Part shown: positions 11,990-21,928 of the stretch, in pieces | Layout: each line of letters starts with the position of its first letter | Position numbering within the stretch: the stretch's first letter is position 1 | Assembly (NCBI GenBank): GCA_004431415.1 | Contig: QPMI01000279.1 | Location: forward strand, 1-64,000 | Direction of reading: 5' to 3' | Length of the DNA: 64,000 nt | From: Cyanophora paradoxa CCMP329 | Taxonomy: Eukaryota; Plantae; Glaucophyta | Notes under the pieces: generated by a model | Seen by the model: only the letters and a program-made list of their open reading frames with translations | Told to the model about the DNA's origin: nothing | Databases searched by the model: none | Position numbers and translations under genes: made by a program

Positions 11990-14275
11990 TCAGTCGAAGA
12001 GCTTCTCGCCGGTGGCGAAGGCGTTCCAGAAGATGGTGCCGAAAATGTAGAAGCCGATGACGGTGTAGAAGACGACGTTCCAGGACTTGAAGGTGTCGAG
12101 GATGTAGCCCGTGAGGGCCACGCCGACGATGCCGGGGAGGGCCCCCGCCGTGTTGCTGATGCCGAGGAGCACGCCGGCGTACTTGGGGGCGATGTCCTGC
12201 GCGTTGCAGTAGAGGCCCGAGAGGTTGAAGGAGGAGAGGGCGAGGCCGAGGGTCAGGCAGAGGAGCGCCGGCACCGCCGCCGTCGTCCTCGTGAGGAGCG
12301 CCAGGAAGCACGCCGGCCCCAGGAAGGCCACGCTCTGCATGAACTTGCGCACGAAGGTGATCGACTTGCCGCGGCTCACGAGGAAGTCGGCGAGCAGGCC
12401 GCCGAGGGAGCCCGAGACGGACATGGTGAGGTAGGGGAGCACGGAGAGCAGGCTCGAGTGCTTCACGTCGAAGCCGAGGTGGTCCGAGAAGTACGAGGGC
12501 ATCCATGAGAGCAGGATGTAGTACCCCTGCGCCCCCGCCCGCTCGAGGCGCCCCGGGGGGAGGGGAGGGTGCGGGTGCGGGCGGACCCAGTTGCCGCAGA
12601 AGTGGGCGACGATCTGGGCCCAGACGGCGGGGGTGCGGAAGAAGGTGGCCCAGGGGACGACGCGCGGCTCCGCCTTGGGCTTCTTCGGCGGCGGCGGCGT
12701 GAACTCCTTCACCATCGCTGCCCCGCGAGGTCGGCCCCCGATGGCGCGCGGCGCGCCGGCCCGGGGCGGGGCGGGCGGACCGACGATGGGGTTCTCGCCG
12801 GGCGCCGGGGTGAAGGGGCGGCCGGCCGGCGGGTCGCTGGGGACCCCGGCCGGGTTCTTGAGCAGCGAGTCCCGCGAGGGCGGGCAGTCGCGCTGCAGCC
12901 CGATCTGCGCCCGCGCGTCGGCCAGTTCCGGCGCGGGCGGGCTCCCGGGGGGAGCGGACCTGGGCGTTGCCGGGGAGCGGGGGCGGGTGACGGACGGTAA
13001 AGGTCCAGATGAAGTACCAGATGACGCCCACCAGCCCGAAGACTGCCCGGGCGTCGGCGGCCGGCGCCCGGGCCGGCGCGGGGCGGGGCGGCGCGGGGGC
13101 GGGGGCGGACCGTAGAAGACGGCGGGCCAGCCGTAGCCGTCGATGATGTAGGGGGCGAGAATGAGGCCGGCCACGGAGCCGACGTTCATCCCGCTGAACA
13201 CCAGCGCCGTCGCCCGCGAGCGCTCCCGCACCGGCACCCACCTGCACCCCGCCCGCCCAGCTCGGCCCCGCGGCGAGCGCGCCGGCAGCGGGCGCGGGGG
13301 CGGACTTGGAGAGGAGGTTGGTGATGGCCGGGGGCGCGACGCCCTCGCCGAGGCCGACGAAGACGCGGGACAGGAGGAGGAGCCAGACCGCCTTCTGCGA
13401 GGCCCACGGCACGACTGCCGTGAAGATCGACCACCAGAGCACGCCCATCCCCAGCACGAGGCGGCCACCGAAGCGGTCCGCCAGCGCCCCGCCCGGCGTC
13501 TGCGTCAGGATATAGCCGTAGAAGAAGGACGACTGCACGATGCCCATCTGCGCGCGCGACGCCGCGAGCGAGCTCCCGGTTTAGTGTAGGAGAAAAGAAA
13601 GGCGAAGGTAGGCGGCAGCGGGCCCGCACCGTTGTCGCGCTCCAGCCGTACTCCTTGGCCATCGGTAAAATCGCGACGGACATATTGACCTGCGATCGTC
13701 CGAACGAAGCAGCGAGGTCAACAAGCAGAAACAAAAGATTGAGCGTCGCGTCGCGAGAGCGACGCAGCGGGAGGCTGACCTTGTCCATGTTGCAGACAAC
13801 TATCATGCGTTCGGAAGCGAGGGCGGGAGGGCGACGGAAGGGATCAGCCCGATTGAAGAGGTCACTAGAGCGGGTTGGGACGCGATCGTGGCGCACGGAA
13901 GGCGAGGAAGGTAAGGGCAACGACGACGTAGCGCGCAGGCAACGCCGGCGGCTCATCGGCATTGGCCTCATCTAGCGAAGAGGGAGGCGGAAGAGCGCTG
14001 ACGATCGAACGCAGCCAATCCGCTTGCCTCTGGACGGCCACCGCTTCCTGATGAGAGCGGCCAAGCCTGAACTTTGCTGAGCGCGAGCCGTCGAAGAAGA
14101 AGGAGCTGCTAGACTTCAGTGTCTCCGGACTCGCGCGATGCCGCAGCTGGCCGACAGCGAAGTTCCGGGACGGTGCGCAGGCAAGCCGGCCAGCGGCGAC
14201 GGAGCCGCCGGCGTGCGCCGCATTCACGACGCCGCGGCCGGGACGAACCACCGGTATACTGGCGAACGCCTCCAT
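11990..14275 (-). CDS. PHT4: Plastid-targeted PHT4/ANTR (SLC17 family, MFS) anion/phosphate transporter
   Basis: Transit peptide MEAFASIP...; VCNMDKVNMSVAILPMAKEYGWS, GIVQSSFFYGYILTQTPGGALADRFGG, AHFCGNWGYYILLSWMPSYF, NAQDIAPKYAGVLLGISNTAG, FATGEKLFD*. Confidence 0.92.
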
Positions 14276-15227
14276 TGTGATCTGCTCGCCTGGATCAGCG
14301 CGACATTCGCGCCGGGAACAAATCCGATGCCCGGCACGGCATGTGCGAGAAAGCACCAGTCGGCGCTGTAGCAAGCGCACCTGAAGTCTGCCCTGCGGCG
14401 TCGCAGGGCTTGGGTTGGAGGTGCTACGGTGGTGCTGTACCCAGGCGCTATTATGATCGCGCTGATGCACCTCTGCTCCGTGCAGCGCTTGCGCCATACT
14501 AATGATGATGCTGCGCGCGAGGAACGCGTCCGGACACCACGCCGAGCCCGATGGCCTGAGATTTCGAAATTGATCCGTGCCCGACGGTCATGCCGTGCCG
14601 CAGCCTGGCAGTGCGCGCGCTACGGTTCGGATCATTAAGATTACCTCCGCGGGAAGCGTGCCACAGCGCGCGGCGCTATGGAGCGCTAGCGATCTAGATC
14701 TAGCTAGCTCTGCCCGACATTCAGACGCTGCTAGCGCTCGGCCCTCCTGGACTTCGCATGCGGATTGCCCCATTCCAGGTGCGCGGAACGGGTAAGTTTT
14801 CGGTGTCATTCACAATATATCAAGGCGACCAAGCAGCAAATACCTAGTGCACTACGGAAAAAGGATCGAAAGACTGCTGAGAAGCACGTCCAAAACGAGC
14901 TCGCTCGATATCCAGGCGTACCACCTTGGAATCCTAACGTACGTTACTACTCTATTCCCCCTACACCCCCACGAACTATGGAAAGAGGCATCGCGTACAA
15001 GGTGGCGAGCGGCTGGGAAGACATATCAAGAGACGGAGATAAATACTGCCCTCACTCCTGAAGCGAAATTGAAAGGGAGTCGCAACAGACTGGGTCCCAA
15101 AATCTCCGGGAAGGAGAGGAGGAAGCAAAGGAAGCGAAGAGAATCCAATCCACAAAAAAGACATGGCTGAACTACCCTATTGCAACCGGGGACCGCCTGC
15201 GGACGGAAAGACCGACGGCTACGGCGC

Positions 15228-15892
15228 TTACGCCAGCGCCGTCTTCAAGGAGTCCGACCGCTGGAGTGCCCGGCGGGGAGACGACACGCTGCTGCCGCCG
15301 AACGATGCTGACCGCTGAAGAGGAGCCCGCCCACCTGGAGACATAGACATACTGCGGAAGGAGGAGAGGAGCTTGTCGACCGGCGACGACGGGGTGGCCG
15401 CCCGCGGATCGGCCGCAAGGGCTGAGGAGCTGGCTGACCGCGGAAGGGAGCTGTCGCTGAACGCCATCGCGCTGGCCGTCTCCGCGCGGCCAAGGACCTC
15501 CACCTTCACGGGGACTACGCCGCGCCCAAGCATCCCGATGCTGCCGGCAGCCGCCCGCGAAAGGTCGATCACACGCCCGTGGCAGTACGGTCCACGGTCG
15601 TTCACCCGCACGACCACCGACTGATCAGTGATGGTGTTTGTCACACGAACACGCGTTCCGCACGGCAACGTGAGGGGCTCCGGTCAAGGAACGTGCGCGT
15701 GATTGCGCGCCGCACAACCGCGCGGGGCGGCGCGTTTGCGGCGCAAGGCAATTTTGGCGAGCAGGGGGTGTCAAAAGGATATGTTTTGTGCGCCGCCGTG
15801 AGGCCATTCTGGTCGAACCGATCACCGCACGCCGTCCTCCTGCCTTGAAACTTGTTGCTGTAGAAACTTGCCTGGCCCACGATAATCGACAT
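15228..15892 (-). CDS. rlpA: RlpA-like double-psi beta-barrel (septal lytic transglycosylase family) protein, 2 exons
   Basis: GQASFYSNKFQGRRTACGDRFDQNGLTAAHKT/LPCGTRVRVTN...VVVRVNDRGPYCHGRVIDLSRAAAGSIGM; Ser-rich tail. Confidence 0.9.
15670..15782 (-). other. U12-type (minor spliceosome) AT-AC intron, 113 nt
   Basis: Minus strand 5' end ATATCCTTTT (15782), branch TTCCTTGAC (15691-15683), 3' end ...CTCAC (15670). Removal gives CAC AAA AC|G TTG CCG = HKTLP, the conserved RlpA motif. Confidence 0.9.
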
Positions 15893-16237
15893 CCTGAAGC
15901 TAATCCCGCGGTGCGGGCGAACAGCGGCGAGGCCGCGAGGGGAAGATGCGGAATCTGATAGCTAAGCACTGGTACCCCCGGTTCCGTCCCCCCTGGTCTA
16001 TTTGCACGCTTGCAATTGATCATGCACGCCGCGCCGGCCGCACGCCGCACATGAAATTAGCGTGCGTACGCGAGCTGCTAAGCATACATGCGATGCTAGT
16101 AGTAGCCTAGTACTCGGCGAGGCTCGCACGTGCACATGAATTCGCACGAGCGTCGAGGCGTTACATATGAAGTAGGCCGCAGTAGGCGTATGCTACACCT
16201 CTATAGCTAGCTATCGGGACTATAGCTAGCTACCGGA

Positions 16238-18467
16238 CTAGGGCTGCCAGGGCTTGTCCTCGAAGGAGAACCTGCACGCCAGAGGGGAATGGTCGCTCCC
16301 GAACTCGCGCAGGGACCACTCCGCGCGCCCCTGCTGCCCACCCCCGCCCGAGTACTGCGGAACGTGGAACGAGACCTGCGCCCGAGCGGCGTCGGATCGG
16401 GGTCCGACAGGGGCGCGCCCCCCCGGCGGGGGCTCGGAGGAGTGGCGGTGCAGCGCAGGCCGCCGCCGCGCGAGCGCGCGTGCGCACCCCCGCCACGTCG
16501 CCCTTGAAGAGGATGAAGTCGACGCGGGACGGGCCCCCGCCCGCCGACGGGTTCGCCGGCGCGTACCTGCCCCCCCCCGGCTCGACTGGGGCGCGAGGGG
16601 CGGGCGCCGGCTGGGGGCCCGGGCGCGCACGTGGGCTCGCGGGCCTCCGGGGCGGCGGGGTCGGGCCCGGCGGCGGCGTCGCGGAAGCCGTCCTCGAGGA
16701 CCTCCCGCATCGTCTCGGAGGCGAGGTCCGCGTTGAAGTCGCCCACCCTGCCGCCCCCCGGCGCCGTCGGAAGGCAATGCGGAAGGGTTCAACTGGGGGT
16801 TCAATTCGGATGGGCACCAGAGGACGATGTCGGCGGGCTTGGCGCGGAGGAAGTGCCTGACGCGGTGGACGATGCGCTGGGCCTGCTTGAGGCCGTGCTT
16901 GCCGACGGCGAGGTGGCAGTTGACGAGGCAGACGCGGACGAAGGCGAGGCGCCCGGCCACCTTGCGCGTGCACAGGACGATGTTGCCGGCGGAGCCCTCC
17001 TCGTTCCACACCTGGTTCTCCACGTCGAAGTCCGGCTCGAAGAAGCGGCTCCGCAGCAGGACGACGCAGCCGTTGTCCACGCCGGCCGCCGTCGGGCTGT
17101 TGTACGCCAGGCTCGTCGCGAAGTAGAGCGGCCGCTCCTCCGTCCGGAAGCGCTCCAGCAGGTACTGCAGCTCGCCCCGCTCCACCTGCCCAGCCCCGTC
17201 CCCGCGCCCCTTAACGGGTCCCACCGCGGGGCGCCGGCGGGGCTCGGGCGCGCCTCCTGGAGGCAGACGATGTCGGCGTCGTAGGCGGCGATGCGGTCCA
17301 TGACGATGTGGCGCCGGCGCGCCGGGTCCAGCAGCGCCGCGTCCACGCCCTCGTACCACTCCGGCGTCACCCAGCAGTTCGCCAGCACGTTGTGCACCAG
17401 CACGCTCACGTTCCGCCCCGGCGGGTGGCCCTCGACCGCCGCCGGCACCGGCACATCCGGCTTCGCCACTGCGCGCGCGGCGCGTCAGGGCGCGGGCCGC
17501 CGCGAGGGAGGCGAGGCCGGGCGCCCGCGCCTTTCCAGGTGACCGGCTGCTCGGGGGCCGGCTCCGCGGTGGGGGCGGGCTGGGGCTCGGGCGCGGCCTG
17601 AGCGGCCCGGCCCTCCGAGGGCGGGCGCTCGGGCGGCGGGGCCTCCGCCTGCTGGGAAGGGGGGCGGGACGCGGGGCGGGCCTCCCCGGCCGTGGGCTCC
17701 GGCGTGGCGGGCTCCGGCGCCAAGATGTGCCCGGGGGTCCCCTCGGGGGTCGGAGTCCTGGCAAAGTCCGAGCCGGGCCGTGGAGGGGAGGCTTCCGGCT
17801 CCGGGCTGGCAGCATTCTGTGCGGAACCAGGGCGCTCCGCCGCCGCAGAGGCAGGACGCTCAGCCGCCGCAGAAGCAGGACGCTCAGCCGCCGCAGAGGC
17901 AGGACGCTCAGCCGCCGCCGAAGCAGGACGCTCAGCCGCTGCCGAAGCAGGACGCTCAGCCGCGGCAGAAGCAGGATGCACAGCCGCGGCAGAAGCTGGC
18001 CGCTCCGCCGCGGCAGACGCTGGCCGCTCTGCCGCCGCAGACACTGGCCGCTCCGCCGCACCAGAGGCCGGGCGCTCCGCTGCAGCAGAAGGTGGACGCT
18101 GCGCTGCTGCGGAGGCCGGGCGCTCCGCCATGGCGGAGGCCGGGCGCTCTGCTGCAGCAGAAGCTGGCCGCTCAGCTGCCGCAGAGGGCGGGCGCTCGGG
18201 TCCCGCCGACGCTGGTTCCTCGACCGGCGCCACAGGAGCCGGACCGTCTGTGGAATCTTGCTCAACTCCTGCCTCTACAGCTACTTGGGCCTCGCCATCC
18301 CCAGCGTCCGTCTGGGCAGGCTCGCTCGCAGGTGCTGGCGCTTCAGCCACATCTTCTGCGTTCTGCGCACTGGGATCCGCATCCTGCGCTTTCTCTGCCG
18401 GACCCACCGCCTCTGCCGTTGCCTCGGCAGCGGCGGCCGGCTGCTCCGCGGCCTCCTCCGCCTCCAT
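16238..18467 (-). CDS. Endonuclease/exonuclease/phosphatase family protein (CCR4/nocturnin-like) with low-complexity N-terminus
   Basis: VLVHNVLANCW, YDADIVCLQEV, LVNCHL, GDFN, VDFILF, FGSDHSPL catalytic motifs; N-terminal (ERPASAAA)n. Confidence 0.85.
17830..18200 (-). repeat. 24-bp coding tandem repeat (ERPASAAA, about 14-15 degenerate copies)
   Basis: Repeated gcagaagcaggacgctcagccgcc-like units with synonymous variation. Confidence 0.9.
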
Positions 18468-18769
18468 CGCTCAACGAATGAAATTCGCGTGAACGAGCGA
18501 TCTGTGCATCCGTATGCGCCCTCGCCGATGTGCGATTGCGCGGTCGCGTCGAGGCTCAATTTGGGCGCTCGATTGCAGTACCCCCGGAAGAGCAAGCTGG
18601 GCAGCTGTTTCGTGTTGCGGCCCGCCTGTGGAGTCCCTCTACTGCCAGTCGCTAGCTAGTATACCCGCACATCCCCGCACAGCTTGAGCCAGCTTGCTGG
18701 GAGCTTGCTGGGAGCGCCAGCAGGAGTGCGAGTGCGCATAGCCGCAGCGGGTCAGCTGCGGCGCAGATC

Positions 18770-20063
18770 ATGCCTTACGCGAGATTCATCGGCAAGGAAT
18801 TCCAGAAAGAGCTTATCGGCTACCAGTCGCCGGGTGCGGGGCATGCTGTTACCTGTCCTGCTGACCGCTCGGGGCGCGATGCGCGTCTAACCCACGGCGC
18901 AAGGCCCTGCCCGGTATGCACACCAAAGAAGCAGCTTCGGCCGGTGAGCGGCCTCTCACGGCGTTCCTCGTGACCTAAGGTCTGAGGGGGTCTGAGGTTT
19001 CCCCCAGGCTTCCAAGCGGGCACGAGGAACCGAGCTTCAGCTTTTCTCAGACGAGTGCGCTCCCGCCCCCAGGCGTCGATATTCTGGCAGGGCGCCTCAT
19101 TGCAGCGGGGCGCAGATCGCGATGAACCTGGACGTTCGCTCGGGCCGTCATTCGCCGTCCGTCCTCCCAACTCTCTGTCCTCGCAGCTCACGAAGACGCT
19201 TTGCAGGTTGCGGATATGGGAAGGCACTCGCCGGGGCCCGGTGCGTCACGCGCACACGCTTACCCCGGCGCTCGCCGCTAGCGCTGACGCTCTCCCGTGT
19301 GCAGTGTATAAAGATCCGGTGCGGCGGTCGGGATGCGGGCGCGGCCTCCCGCTGACTTCTGGCTGCAGCGCGAGGCGATCGGTAGGAGTGAGATCGGCGG
19401 GATGAGAAACGAGCCGAGTTTCACCTTCCCGCACGGCCCCCGCGCCGAGAAGGGCGCGCGCCCCCTCCGCCCTCCCTGCTGCGTCGCTAAATGGCAGCAG
19501 GCCGCTTCATTTCGAAAGTGCACAGCGCGGTGGAGCGGCAGGGCCTGCACAGCCCCGGGTGTGCGGCGCGCGGGGCGGGGCGTCGGGGACGCGCTGCGCT
19601 GAGGGGGCGGGGCGGGGCGGCAGGCCGGTGTACAGCACAAAGTCGAGCCTGGAGGAGCAGAACGATTCGTCGCGGCGCACGGAGCCGTCCTTCTCCTTCG
19701 GCGCGGAGGGCCGCTTCACCCAGGCCGTCTACATCGGGTGCGCGCGCCGCCCCCGCCGCCCCCCGCCCCCGCCAGCGCGCGCCCCCGACCATGAGCCGGC
19801 GCAGTCCGCTGCACAGCAAGGTGCAGGGTATCGGGGAGGCGAGCCCGGGCCCGCGGTACGCGCCGCCGCCGATGACGGGGATGAGGTCGATGGTACACTC
19901 GACGGGGCCCTCCTTCTCCTTCGCGGGGCGCGACCGCGAGATGCGGCTCGACGGGTACGGCCAGGAGGAGTTCTTCGGGATCCCCGCCGAGCCCGCCTCC
20001 CCCGTCCGCCTCCCCAAGCTCGCTCGCTCCAGCCCCAAGCGCTCCCCGGGCGGCGGCATGTAG
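18770..20063 (+). CDS. ODF3/SHIPPO-1-like (STPG, PG-rich repeat) flagellar protein
   Basis: Repeated units RFIGKEF...QSPGP, RFISKVH...HSPGPVY, YIGPLH...ASPGPRY, with PSFSF/PSFTF motifs. Confidence 0.75.
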
Positions 20064-20343
20064 CCCACCGGCCCCTTTGCGCCCCGCGCCGCCTCCCCTT
20101 TTTCCAGACCCTGCCTCCCCTCCCGGTCTATGCTTTTTCTTTTGATTATTTTAGAAAATACATAGCTATTTCAAGAGGCGATGGGGGGGGGGGGAAGGGG
20201 GAGGGGGGCGCGTTAAGAACGAGAGGCGAGAGGCTTGCAGGCTGATCGGGAGGACCTGGAGAGAGCGGGGAGCGGGTGCATTCCGAAGGGGGGCAGGCTC
20301 GGGGGCAGGAAGAGACGGGGAGGGTGGCGAGGGCGCCGGGGCG

Positions 20344-21866
20344 CTACCGGCGGGCGAGGAGGATGACGAAGAGGCAGACGATGAGGACGGAGAGGAAGAC
20401 GACGCAGACGATGAAGCGGCCGCCCTTCTGGTACTCCTCGGCCTTGCGCAGCTCCTCGTTCGCCGATGTGATGTTCTTCTCCGTGCGCTCCATGTTGTGG
20501 TCGATCTGGTCCAGCAGCGTCCCCTGGTCGATCACCAGGGTCGAGATGTCCTGCCCCACCGAGCGTCAGCGCGCGTGCAGCGCAGAGCGGACGGCGCGCG
20601 CCTTCGTGATTTCCGCCAGCTCCGCGATGGACTGCGCGACCTTCGCGATCTCCGCCGAGCGCTCCCGCACCCGCCGCTCCATTTCCCGCTGGCCCGCCAG
20701 CCCCTCGGGCCCCCCGCCGTCAAGCAGGTCGTCCTGCCCCCGCGTCGGGCCCGCCCCCGCGGCTCGGGCGGGCGGGCGCGCACGTCGTCTATCCTCTGGT
20801 TGTCGCTCTCAAGGCCGGCGAGCAGCGAGCCCGTCTGCGCCGACGTCGCCTGCGCCCGCAGCTCTGCGCCCCGTCAAGCCGCGCCGCAAGGCGCGGCGCG
20901 GCGCGGCGCGCGGCGCGCACTGGCGGCGTAGTCGCTCTGCTCCCTCCTGAACTGCACGCTGAGCTCCTGCAGCTGCGCAGCCAGCGCCTTCTGGACGTTC
21001 TGCGGCGCGCCAGCGCTGAGCGCGCAGGGCGAGGAAGGGAAGCGAGCCGGGGCGCACCTGCGTGACCACGAGCTGCTCCTGCTGCGCTTGGCGCTTCGCC
21101 TCGCGCTCCTCTGGCCTAAGCGGAGCGTCGGTGGGCGTCGGCGCCGCCGGGTCTGGTCGAATCATTTGCAGCGCCTGCTGTGCCCTGCTGAACAGCTGCG
21201 GCGTCGAGACGGGTGAGCGGGGCCGGCACGGGCGCCGAGAGCGCGGGGCGGACTTGCGTGACCGCCCGCGAGTCCCTGTCGATGATCGCCTCGAGCTCCG
21301 CCTCCGACGGCCCCTCGAAGCGCGGAAGGAGCCTCTGACCCTGCTGTTTCCGCAGCTCGGGCACTGCGAGAGCGGGCGGAGTGAGTGCGGCGGGGCCGCG
21401 CGGAGCGGGGCGGTACACACGCCGCTGCTTGATCAAGTTTAACGTCTCCTGCACGTCCTGCGCCCTCGCCGCCCACCTCGGCGTTTCGTCCGCGAGCGTG
21501 AGTTCTCGCTGTTCGTCTGCATCTTCCAGCAGCGGCCTGTAGCCGTTCTTCTTGCGAGCACCGAGCGATTTCAAGCGCCCGAGCTTGCTGCTTCCGGCCC
21601 CTCCGGATGCGTACTCTTCCCCGAGCTGGCTTCGGAATGTCCTGCGCGTTGCCGGGAGGTGGTGCGGACATCAGCCCCGGCCGAGTTGCAGAAATCGGTC
21701 ATTGCGCTCGTAAAGCAGCTAGCGGTGCGTTGCCGGCGCGCTTCAAGTCGGCGCGCGGCGGCGCGCCCCCCTCGGGGCGCATTGTTTTCGCAGAGAAGGC
21801 CCTACGCACGCACCTGATGCGGTCCCGGTGCCTCACGAACTCGAGGGTGCGGTTCCTGGAGGCCAT
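20344..21866 (-). CDS. STX16: Syntaxin-16 (Tlg2/SYP4 Qa-SNARE)
   Basis: N-peptide MASRNRTLEF, LLPRFEG, SNARE motif ...DISTLVIDQGTLLDQIDHNME..., C-terminal TM. Confidence 0.9.
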
Positions 21867-21928
21867 CACGGTTGACCTGTACCCCACGATCGCAGAGCCC
21901 GCCAGTTCCGGTTACCGCCGGCACACAC

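Noticed and set aside
14765-15170. Two overlapping low-GC plus-strand ORFs
   Set aside because: No recognisable motif; the minus strand is pyrimidine-rich like other 3' UTRs here and directly follows the RlpA stop, so it is probably its 3' UTR.
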